A stretch of 29,589 nucleotides of DNA from Okeania sp. (GCF_035285525.1 NZ_JAYKGW010000100.1:1-29589), one strand, 5' to 3'. Counted from the first letter of the stretch, positions 17,720 to 25,831 are shown. Numbers and translations are program-made. Notes: a model not told the origin generated them from the letters alone.

Positions 17720-17931
17720 TGAAATATAGCATTTTAATTCAATGGTCTCAAGAGGATAAAATTTATATCGCTAGTTTACCTGAATGGGGGAAGTACGCTC
17801 AAACTCATGGTGAATCTTATGAGGAAGCTCTGGAAAATGCGAAGGAAGTTTTGGCAGATTTAGTTTATGCTTATGAGGAAATGGGAAAACCTCTGCCACA
17901 GCTACAGAGTTTACAAACAATTTCAATTTAA
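17719..17931 (+). CDS. hicB: HicB-family antitoxin (UPF0150-type, no DNA-binding tail)
   Basis: 70 aa. Y.ILIQWSQEDKIYIASLPEW.....HGESYEEALENAKE.L. 1-nt overlap with hicA (TAATG). Confidence 0.75.
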   Translation: MKYSILIQWSQEDKIYIASLPEWGKYAQTHGESYEEALENAKEVLADLVYAYEEMGKPLPQLQSLQTISI

Positions 17932-18093
17932 TTTGTATGGAAAGCGATCGCTGTCTTCAATTCAAAATTCAAAATTCAAAATTCAAAAGTTAGAAATTTG
18001 TAGGTTGTGTGACGGCTTCCTCTTTTTGAAGTCAAAATTCAAAAGTCAAAATTCAAAAGTTAGAAAGCCGCCTGTGCACCTTTTTCTGAAATG

Positions 18094-18330
18094 GTAGAAA
18101 ATCTGACATCCGTATATCTGTGGCAAAATCTCTGTCTAGCTCTTTTTCTTGGATAGTAGAAAATCTGACATCCGTATATCCGTAGCAAAATCTCTGTCTG
18201 GCTCTTTTTTCTGAGATAGTAGAAAATCTGACATCCGTATATCCGTGGCAAAATCTCTGTCTAGCTCTTTTTCTGGGATAGGTAGAAAATCTGACATCCG
18301 TATGTCCGTAGCAAAATCTCTGTCTAGCTC
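18094..18330 (+). repeat. tandem array of ~62-63-nt direct repeats (3.8 units, plus a degenerate unit 0 at 18060-18093)
   Basis: Units start at 18094, 18156, 18219 and 18282 (gtagaaaatctgacatccgtatatccgtggcaaaatctctgtctagctctttttct..) and are ~90% identical to each other. A solitary ~39-nt copy of the core is at 20409-20447. Confidence 0.9.
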
Positions 18331-18428
18331 TAGATGGTAAGATAATTTGACGGTACGTTACTGAGTTGGAGAGAAAAAATGATAACTTTACTATTAAAAG
18401 TTGATAACTAATAACTGATAACTAAACT

Positions 18429-19214
18429 ATGCCTAGACAACCACGGCAACTTTTACCGGGATATTCCTATCATGTTACCTGTCGTTGTAATAACCGGGAG
18501 TTTCGTTTGACTCGTCTCGAATGTCGGCAAGTATTTTTATATGCTTTGAAAAAGGCTTTGCATAAATTTGGCTTTAGACTCTATGCTTTGTGCATTATGA
18601 GCAATCATGTTCATTATTTATTAGAGCCTTCCCAACCTGAAGATTTACCTAAAATTATGCACTGGTTAAATTGGTATACGGCTATGTGTTTTAATCGGAT
18701 GCTCAACCGCACTGGGCATTTTTGGGAAAAAAGATACCATAGTACGGGGTTTGATAAGACTGACAAAAAAAGAGCTTTGAATACTCTGCGATATATTCAT
18801 GCTAATCCTAAAGCTGCTAATATACAGTCTGGATTTTTCTATGATTTTTCTAACTATGGTAGTTATGACCGTTTGACTGATGATGGTTTGACTCAGTGGC
18901 ATCCTGCTTTTTTGTCTCTGGGGAAAACTCTAGGGGAATGTGCTAAGAAGTATCGGGGGTTTTGCAGAAACTATAAACCTAGACCAAAACCCGAAAGGGG
19001 AAGTCGCTGGGGTAGTAAGTTTTTGCCCAAGGTGGTGAAAAAAAAGGGAAAGAAAAATAAGGTTTCTCCTGGGCAAATGCGACTTCCTTGGGTAGAGTGG
19101 GAAGTTCCTTCTGGTGAGGTGGTAGAGGTGGCGAGAAAATTTGTTTTGGCAAATTGTTATGACCCAGAAGTGGCAATGCAGTTTTTTGATGATATAGAAT
19201 TTGACGTAAATTGA
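18429..19214 (+). CDS. IS200-like Y1 (HUH) transposase domain protein, stand-alone (RAYT-like)
   Basis: YHVTCRCNNREF, the HUH motif SNHVHYLLEP, and the catalytic Tyr context LRYIHANPKAA. 261 aa with a K/R-rich C-terminal extension. No tnpB next to it. Confidence 0.75.
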   Translation: MPRQPRQLLPGYSYHVTCRCNNREFRLTRLECRQVFLYALKKALHKFGFRLYALCIMSNHVHYLLEPSQPEDLPKIMHWLNWYTAMCFNRMLNRTGHFWEKRYHSTGFDKTDKKRALNTLRYIHANPKAANIQSGFFYDFSNYGSYDRLTDDGLTQWHPAFLSLGKTLGECAKKYRGFCRNYKPRPKPERGSRWGSKFLPKVVKKKGKKNKVSPGQMRLPWVEWEVPSGEVVEVARKFVLANCYDPEVAMQFFDDIEFDVN

Positions 19215-19531
19215 TTATCAAAAATTGATACATGGCGGGTGTCTATCGGGGAATTTCTCTAACCCAGTAAAATCATACAATTTTATTCCCATTTTATTTT
19301 TATGTTGACGGCTGAAACCTTTTTATGTTAAAGTCTACAAGTCTCTGCATGTTTGGAGATTTTTCGTCCTACAAATGTTATCTAATTACCACACCTATAC
19401 ACACACAACAAACATAATAAACAACACAACCCAACGCAACCAATAGCCATCATCACTAAAGCACCTATAAAAAATCCGACTCCCGAAACCAACTAATAGG
19501 TATCCCCCAAGAAAAAGTCAAACGTTGAACC

Positions 19532-20200
19532 CTAGTTTCCACCCTTGCCGACAAACTGAAAAATTTGCCTTTCCGACTCAGACAAACTCCCCTGTAGAGA
19601 AGCAAAATTTTGCACAATTTCAAAATCACTCGTTCCATGCACAGCCACAACTTCACCTTTCACATCCACAACAGGCGCTCCACTCATTCCACCCACAGTC
19701 AAAGCTTGATAAGAAACCCCATAACCTTCTCGCAACTTATTCAAACCCGAAACCTTTCCCTCAACAAACTGATCTACTATTATTCCTTCTCTGTCAGGAA
19801 AACCAGAAATATAAATAGAACTACCTTTTTTCAGATTACGAGAATTACCTATTTTCAGCGCCGGATAATTACAATTTCCTTCTACCTGAAAAGTCACGAC
19901 AGCCAAATCTATAGTACCGGGAAATATTTCTACTTTGTCAATTTGCTTTAATTCCCTATTTTTATTAGTCTGTAATAATATTTGCCCTTTTTCTTCCACA
20001 ACATGAGCAGCAGTTAGTACGGTACAGACTCCCTTTTCTCCCCGGACAAAAAAACCTGTTCCATGTCCGCCTTGATTTCGATAAGATAATTTAACAATAC
20101 TACGTTCTAGTCGAGAGGCTATTTGTTCTGAGGATAAGGAACAATTTGTTAGAGTTAATGCCAGGAAAGTTAGACCAAGGATTCGAGGTAGATGTTTCAT
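19532..20200 (-). CDS. trypsin-like (S1/chymotrypsin fold) serine protease, probable lipoprotein
   Basis: Lipobox-like LTLTNCS. His context LTAAHVV. Ser context GGMSGAPVV. 222 aa. Confidence 0.8.
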   Translation of the reverse strand: MKHLPRILGLTFLALTLTNCSLSSEQIASRLERSIVKLSYRNQGGHGTGFFVRGEKGVCTVLTAAHVVEEKGQILLQTNKNRELKQIDKVEIFPGTIDLAVVTFQVEGNCNYPALKIGNSRNLKKGSSIYISGFPDREGIIVDQFVEGKVSGLNKLREGYGVSYQALTVGGMSGAPVVDVKGEVVAVHGTSDFEIVQNFASLQGSLSESERQIFQFVGKGGN

Positions 20201-20583
20201 CTATTTCAGGATTTGGGAAATTAGACTTTTCTTGATTTTACCAAGAAGTTAAATTATTGGCTTTCCTTTGCCATAGAGAAAATTGACAAAATTATTGCTC
20301 TAAAAAAAGAGCCACTATTTTCCCATAATAGTTATTTAATTAGATAATATAACAATTTTTTCTGCTTGTCAAGAGGTTTAAAGAGTGATCGCTTACTAAA
20401 AGCATTCCCATCCCGCTTTATATCCGTGGCCAAATCCTTGTCTGGCTGTTAAAGGGTTAGGGTTTAGAGACCAAACCCCTACAGTTTCTGCTGATTAAAG
20501 AGCGATCGCTCAACTTACCTAAAATTTCATCACAAGCGATTGAGTATTTTGATAGTTTTTGTGGCTGAGATTGCCTGTTTTAT

Positions 20584-20730
20584 CCCCCCCAACCCCCCTT
20601 TGTAAGGGGGGAGTAAGATTTTGATATCAATTTGTTTGTAAGGGGGAGTTAAGATTTCATAAACATAACTACTCTCTTCAACTTGCTACCTCTACTCCAG
20701 TCCCCCCCTTTCAAAGGGGGGTTAGGGGGG
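20584..20730. repeat. pair of inverted C7/C6...G6 hairpin repeats flanking ~90 nt
   Basis: cccccccaacccccctttgtaagggggg (20584-20611) and ccccccctttcaaaggggggttagggggg (20702-20730) are approximate reverse complements. A partial third copy is at ~20637-20653. Confidence 0.6.
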
Positions 20731-20734
20731 ATTC

Positions 20735-21949
20735 TCAAGCAATACTTCCCCGCTTCCGAGTTTCCTTATAAGAAGTTCCCACATTTCTCAAACCTGCCTT
20801 AATCATTTCCTGCTCCAACAAAGCAAAAAAACTAGCGCGATCGCCTCCCCTAACCACAGCCTGATTATGAGCTTCGGCTAATGCTACGGGATAACCATAA
20901 CCTTTTTGCACTTGAGCCAACATCATTCCTAACACTAACTCCAACATTTCTTCATCCTCAGCGACCCATTCTGGCATATCTATTCTGGCAACTTCTTTAC
21001 CAACATTTACATAACAAAAATAGATAGTATTTTCCCCATATAAATCCAAAATTCTGGCAGAAGATTGCCACAAAGGACTCCTTTGCCCAGGCTGTAATAT
21101 TGAACCCCAGAAAGTTACATCTCGCAACGGTTCAAAAGACTGACAAGGTGCTTTTTCAGTAAAACCAAAACCTCCCAAACCAACATTCGGACAATGACTA
21201 ATACAATCAGGTTCATCATAAATACAAGCTTTTAAACGTAAAAAAGATAAACTTTCATTACTGCGAGAAGCACTCAAATAACCAATCAAAGGAATACCTG
21301 CTAATTTTAATTTATTCCAAGCATCTAAAATAGGATTTAAAACTCGGTCTCGTGGTTCGGAAGGCAAAGATTCTAAGAACCAATAAATCAGAGAACCATC
21401 AACCATTGCTAAAATTGGGAAATCTAAATGATTGGGATTATTTTGCCTCCATTCATAACCTAATTCTGCCAAAACCAAAGCTTCAGAAATAGTCCGTCGA
21501 TAACCCATCCATTCTTCAGTTTTAATTCCCCATTGTCGAGAAATATAAAGGTCATCTGCTTCATAAAAAATTTCGGGAATACTATCTAAAAGCGGATAAC
21601 GACTTTCCCCATAATGCAACATTACTCGCCCAATATTTAACAAATAACAATAAGCAATTTCATGGTGACTTGGAGCTATTTGAGAACCATCCGTAGCAAA
21701 TACCGTATGATTTTTGGGAGGAGGATTAATTGTAGGAAAAGTATCTAAAGATTCTATGGGTATAGCAGGATTAAAAAGTAAGCGATCGCTCCAACTTTCT
21801 TCTAATTCTAATAAGTTATCTTGTTCATTTTTGGCTTCTTCTAATAATTGTTGAGCTATTCCTAATCTATTTTGAGCAGCGAGTGCTTCTTTAGTGAGAT
21901 GTTGACTCATTCCTTGCATTTGTGGCGCTAGTTTTGTGAGGTCTAGCAT
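20735..21949 (-). CDS. NurA-domain nuclease-like protein
   Basis: 404 aa. The motifs FATDGSQI and AMVDGSLIYW, spaced ~100 aa apart, match the conserved acidic DGS motifs I associate with NurA 5'-3' nucleases. Needs HMM confirmation. Confidence 0.6.
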   Translation of the reverse strand: MLDLTKLAPQMQGMSQHLTKEALAAQNRLGIAQQLLEEAKNEQDNLLELEESWSDRLLFNPAIPIESLDTFPTINPPPKNHTVFATDGSQIAPSHHEIAYCYLLNIGRVMLHYGESRYPLLDSIPEIFYEADDLYISRQWGIKTEEWMGYRRTISEALVLAELGYEWRQNNPNHLDFPILAMVDGSLIYWFLESLPSEPRDRVLNPILDAWNKLKLAGIPLIGYLSASRSNESLSFLRLKACIYDEPDCISHCPNVGLGGFGFTEKAPCQSFEPLRDVTFWGSILQPGQRSPLWQSSARILDLYGENTIYFCYVNVGKEVARIDMPEWVAEDEEMLELVLGMMLAQVQKGYGYPVALAEAHNQAVVRGGDRASFFALLEQEMIKAGLRNVGTSYKETRKRGSIA

Positions 21950-21982
21950 AGTTTTTATTTCCTATTTTTTAGTTGTTATTTA

Positions 21983-22372
21983 AGGAAAAGTAAAGAAGGA
22001 AAGATAAATCAATATTGATTAAAATCCCAGAAGTCAATGTACAAATATTTTCCCTAATTTCTCTTTTTTCCTAACTTTTAAATTACAACAGATTCCAATT
22101 ATCTGAAATACAAATATTAATCATCAAATTTTCATAAGTAGCAAAAATATTGCTCGCGCTGGTGTACCTCAAAAATCAGGAAAAGGAAAGAAGGAAAGAT
22201 AAATTAATCATTGATTAAAATCCCAGAAATCAATGTACAAATATTTTCCCTAATTTCTCTTTTTTCCTAACTTTTAAATTACAACAGATTCCAATTATCT
22301 GAAATACAAATATTAATCATCAAATTTTCATAAGTAGCAGGTGTTTTATCCACATCGGTATACCTCAAAAAT
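21983..22372. repeat. 195-bp tandem duplication (2 units)
   Basis: Unit 1 is 21983-22177 and unit 2 is 22178-22372. The first ~162 nt differ at ~5 positions. A 21-nt block is unrelated between units (22145-22165 vs 22341-22361). Both then share tacctcaaaaat. Confidence 0.9.
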
Positions 22373-22442
22373 GTAGAATCTGTTGTATCTGTCTTCCTAA
22401 TTTTTCAGCTACCTCCTTCCCTCTTCCTTCTTCCTTCTTCCT

Positions 22443-23228
22443 TCAAACTTTCCACTTAGAAAAATCTTGACAAAACTGAGCAGAAGATAATAAATGAATA
22501 GATGAATATTCAACTACAGAATCTCGTTCTTTCTGAGTATTATAACCCCAGTCTGCCAAAAATAATTCTACCTCTTTTAAATCCCGTTGTTTTTGCACCG
22601 ATAGCAAAGTTTTCAACCTATCTTCAACAAACCAAATAACTGCATCTTCACCTAATTTTGATAATAAAATTCTCAAACTTTCATACTTCGGACGTTTACA
22701 CTCCTTACCAATAATATCTCCTGCCGGTAAATTAATACCCTGCTTTTGCAACAGAGAACGCACAAACCTTCCCTCCTTAGTTGTCACAATCACAAATTTC
22801 ACCTCTGATAGCATCAACTCCTTTACCTTTTCCACAACCCCTGGATAAAAATCGTGCAAACACAACCATCCTTCCAAATCATTTCCTATCCATTCATCCC
22901 TTGTACGATCTAAACAAACACCTATTTTTGCCTTATCTAAATTTTCTTCCATAACAATTTTTGCAGCGATCGCTTGCCATTCCTGAAAAATACTTTCCTC
23001 CTCAATACCTAATATTATCGCTCGAATCAAAACAGGCATTTCCCAACCTATTTCAATCACAGGTCGTAAGCGATAAAATTTTTCTGCTAAATCATTATTA
23101 GGCATTTCATCCGATGGTTGCCAAAATTGACAGTAAGTGCGCCAAGCTGTTTGAAAATATTCAATCAACCCATTGCATAAAACGCCATCAAAGTCAAGAG
23201 CTAAAAGACTAGGAATTTTTATTGACAT
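22443..23228 (-). CDS. HAD-superfamily hydrolase
   Basis: Motif I LALDFDGVLCNG at the N-terminus, VTTK (motif II-like), and FVEDR near the C-terminal third. 261 aa. Confidence 0.75.
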   Translation of the reverse strand: MSIKIPSLLALDFDGVLCNGLIEYFQTAWRTYCQFWQPSDEMPNNDLAEKFYRLRPVIEIGWEMPVLIRAIILGIEEESIFQEWQAIAAKIVMEENLDKAKIGVCLDRTRDEWIGNDLEGWLCLHDFYPGVVEKVKELMLSEVKFVIVTTKEGRFVRSLLQKQGINLPAGDIIGKECKRPKYESLRILLSKLGEDAVIWFVEDRLKTLLSVQKQRDLKEVELFLADWGYNTQKERDSVVEYSSIHLLSSAQFCQDFSKWKV

Positions 23229-23285
23229 AGTTATTTCAGTTATCAGTTATCAGTTAACAGTTTAAACAGCTATCTTTAAAAAATC

Positions 23286-23382
23286 AGGACTTATGCAGAT
23301 GTACTACTTACTATATATAGAGTTTTTTAACTATTGCGTATAGAGTTTTAAGCACTACATCTAGGGTCGCTGCCTAAGTCCT
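23286..23382. mobile_element. AGGACTTA...TAAGTCCT MITE-like element, copy 1 of a tandem pair
   Basis: aggacttatgcag...gagttttttaactattgcgtatagagttttaagcacta...gctgcctaagtcct. By eye ~85-90% identical to 23422-23512. Confidence 0.7.
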
Positions 23383-23421
23383 GAAATTATGGCAATCTCC
23401 CATCGTAGTGGTGAATATATC

Positions 23422-23512
23422 AGGACTTACGCAAAGCTACTATAATATAGAGTTTTTTAACTATTGCATATGGAGTTTTAAGCACTATATCTAGGATCGC
23501 TGCCTAAGTCCT
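23422..23512. mobile_element. AGGACTTA...TAAGTCCT MITE-like element, copy 2
   Basis: aggacttacgcaaag...gagttttttaactattgcatatggagttttaagcacta...gctgcctaagtcct. Confidence 0.7.
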
Positions 23513-23757
23513 GATATAGTAAGTTCTGCAATTTCTTCCCACACTCCCCACACTCCCCACACTCCACACACTCCCTCAAACCTAGGGACGTTGCATTTTT
23601 GCAAAAAATTATGATTTTCTCTTCATGTATGGTTAGAATAGCTACAGGTTTATTAAAATTTAAGAATTTTATTGATCAGAAGGCCAAAAAGCTAAAAGCT
23701 AGTAATTCTGATTATTTATGTAAGATAAACCAATTTGAATGATAAAGATGTAAAATT

Positions 23758-24207
23758 ATGACCACTAATAAAACTACGACAGAAAGTAACAAAACTACTG
23801 ATACAAGCAGTAAAACTGCAACTCAAAGTAGTCAACCAACAAAATTAGACCAAGGTTCTCAACAACGCACCACTTTACAAGTAGAGACCAAACCAGCACA
23901 AGATACTAAAGAGTCTGGAAAATTAGCCTTACCAGGAAACCGTCCTATTGGCACAATTAATCTTAAATATACTCGCACAATTTCTAATCGTCCGATAGTT
24001 TCAACTGGCCTTAAAGTTGACCATACAATTTCTGCTTCTGGTATTCGTCCAGTAGCAGTTAGTGGTTTAGAAGTTCAAAGTACAATTACTGCTTCTGGAG
24101 TTCGTCCCATTGGCACTAATCATCTAGAAGTTACTCAAACTTTGATGAATCGCCCTGTTGCTTCTAATCAGATTGATAGTGAAGGTTTGATGGGTTTTAT
24201 AGATTAG
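23758..24207 (+). CDS. hypothetical protein with T/S/Q-rich N-terminus and five RP(I/V)-anchored ~16-19-aa repeats
   Basis: Repeat units are RPIGTINLKYTRTISN / RPIVSTGLKVDHTISASGI / RPVAVSGLEVQSTITASGV / RPIGTNHLEVTQTLMN / RPVASNQIDS. 149-aa ORF with an ATG start. Confidence 0.6.
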   Translation: MTTNKTTTESNKTTDTSSKTATQSSQPTKLDQGSQQRTTLQVETKPAQDTKESGKLALPGNRPIGTINLKYTRTISNRPIVSTGLKVDHTISASGIRPVAVSGLEVQSTITASGVRPIGTNHLEVTQTLMNRPVASNQIDSEGLMGFID

Positions 24208-24212
24208 AATTT

Positions 24213-24268
24213 AATAATTAATAATTAATAATTAATAATTAATAATTAATAATTAATAATTAATAATT
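24213..24268. repeat. heptamer tandem repeat AATAATT x 8
   Basis: Perfect 7-nt periodicity immediately after the stop codon at 24205-24207. Confidence 0.95.
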
Positions 24269-24548
24269 ACCTCTTCTTTATAAGAGGAGGATTAACTAGA
24301 AGAATTTTTTTCTTTTGGAGAGGTTTGATACCTGATTTTTTTGGGTAAGCATTCAGCTATTAGCTCTGAGCAGTATAACTCGGCTTTTTGGTAATATTAA
24401 ACTTTTGCTGAACAAAGCAAAATTAGTAACTAATTGCTAATAGCTGACACTTTATCTATGTTTTTTTTCAAAACTATCAGATGTTTTCTGGATGATTTAA
24501 ATTCCAATACTTTATATTAGTAATAGCTTGACATTAAGATTTACAGTT

Positions 24549-25331
24549 ATGATTAATTATTTTACGAAATTTAATCCGTATCAATCAAAAAAATTCTATA
24601 TCATAATACTATTGTTTATAGTTATTACAATTACTGGTTGTACTTCTAACGCTCAATCAACAAATAATCAAATCAAACCAGAATTAGAACAACAAGTTCT
24701 ACAGATTATTCGTGATAATCCAGAAGTAATTATTGAATCAGTACAAGCTTATCAACAACAACAACAGCAAGAAAGACAAGCTAGCCAAAAAGAAATTTTA
24801 CAACAGTTTAAAAATAATCCTCAAGCACAAATTAGTGATTCTCCAACTCTTGGTTCTACCGCTCAAAAAATAGTCTTATATGAGTTCTCTGATTTTCAAT
24901 GTCCTTTCTGTGCTAAAGCACAGGGAAATATCAAACAATTTATGGATAAGCATCAAGATAGAGTTACTTTAGTATTTAAACACCTACCTTTAGCAAGAAT
25001 TCATTCCCAAGCTATTCCAGCAGCAAAAGCATCTTGGGCAGCTCAACAACAAGGCAAATTTTGGGAATATCACGATGCTTTATTTGCACAACAAAATAGA
25101 TTGGGAGAAGAATTATATGTAGAAGTTGCTAATAATTTGGGTTTAAATATAGACAAATTTAATAGCGATCGCCAATCTGAAAAAGCAACTACTGCTATTG
25201 AAACAGATATTAAATTAGCTCAAGAAATTGGTGTTTCTGGTACACCATTTTTTATTCTGAATGGAGAAACTTTTTCTGGTGCAGTAAAATTGTCTCAGAT
25301 GGAAGAAACTTTAGCTAAAGTTGTTGAATAG
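24549..25331 (+). CDS. DsbA-family thioredoxin-fold protein, membrane-anchored or lipoprotein
   Basis: CPFC active site in FSDFQCPFCAKA. N-terminal helix with ITGCTS. The listed ORF starts at TTG 24528 and the first ATG is at 24549. Confidence 0.8.
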   Translation: MINYFTKFNPYQSKKFYIIILLFIVITITGCTSNAQSTNNQIKPELEQQVLQIIRDNPEVIIESVQAYQQQQQQERQASQKEILQQFKNNPQAQISDSPTLGSTAQKIVLYEFSDFQCPFCAKAQGNIKQFMDKHQDRVTLVFKHLPLARIHSQAIPAAKASWAAQQQGKFWEYHDALFAQQNRLGEELYVEVANNLGLNIDKFNSDRQSEKATTAIETDIKLAQEIGVSGTPFFILNGETFSGAVKLSQMEETLAKVVE

Positions 25332-25543
25332 GGAGTAAGGAGTAGGGAGCAGGAAAGAAGTAGGAAGTAAAGAAGGAAGACTATACTGGTCTAGTAGTTC
25401 TAGATATATATATCAATCCGCGCATAGGTTGCCACAAATCAGAAAGTAGATAAAAAAACTGATTTATCCGGAACCGTAACTCTTACCTATTCACTATTCC
25501 CTAAAAGCAGTAGCATTTTTATCCACAAATAAAATAGGATTGC

Positions 25544-25636
25544 TATAGTCATTTTAAATAAGAGCAAAACATTTATTTAGCTGAAACTGTTTGATAGTAA
25601 GAAATCCTTGTCTAAGTCTAAACTAAAATGACTATA
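25544..25636. mobile_element. 93-bp MITE-like element, copy B
   Basis: Perfect 13-nt TIRs tatagtcatttta / taaaatgactata. Inserted directly after an AGGATTGC repeat motif. Confidence 0.75.
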
Positions 25637-25790
25637 ATTTTAGGATAAAAACCGCTTGTTTGTGCAGGATAAACTAGCAAAAGTCAGTCTAAACAAAAAA
25701 AGCTTTATATTTCCTTTTAAACAGCTACCCATATCATTTCTCATTTTCTTATCAACTTCATAACTTCATAACTTCTTCCTTCTTTCTTAC

Positions 25791-25831
25791 TCAAAAAAAT
25801 TAAAAATGGATTGTATAACCCATTTTTAATT
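25791..25831 (-). terminator. weak AT-rich terminator candidate downstream of rpe
   Basis: 12-bp stem aattaaaaatgg/ccatttttaatt. On the minus strand it is followed by a U-run (complement of the A-run at 25793-25797). It lies ~40 nt after the rpe stop. Confidence 0.4.

Noticed and set aside
17867-18251. ORFs 17867..18097 (+) and 18060..18251 (-)
   Set aside because: They are composed of TTCAAAA heptamers and the 62-nt tandem units. Their periodic peptide (RIYGCQIFYY) reflects repeat structure, not coding.
18094-18330. Possible CRISPR array
   Set aside because: The ~62-nt units are contiguous and similar over their whole length. There are no unique spacers, no cas genes are in the window, and the repeat lacks a CRISPR-like palindrome.
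18666-19233. Antisense ORFs within the Y1 transposase gene (18666..18902, 18979..19233)
   Set aside because: The plus-strand ORF carries the HUH and Tyr motifs. The antisense ORFs are low complexity.
19382-19453. 23-aa Cys-rich hydrophobic micro-ORF (MMAIGCVGLCCLLCLLCVYRCGN) on the minus strand, 78 nt downstream of the protease gene
   Set aside because: It lies in a CA/TG low-complexity tract that automatically yields Cys/Leu/Val codons, and it has no convincing Shine-Dalgarno. It is worth noting only if ribosome profiling or conservation supports it.
19465-19951. ORFs 19465..19656 (-), 19525..19818 (+), 19610..19951 (+)
   Set aside because: They overlap the protease gene in other frames or on the opposite strand and have no motifs. 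The protease ORF has the catalytic His and Ser contexts.
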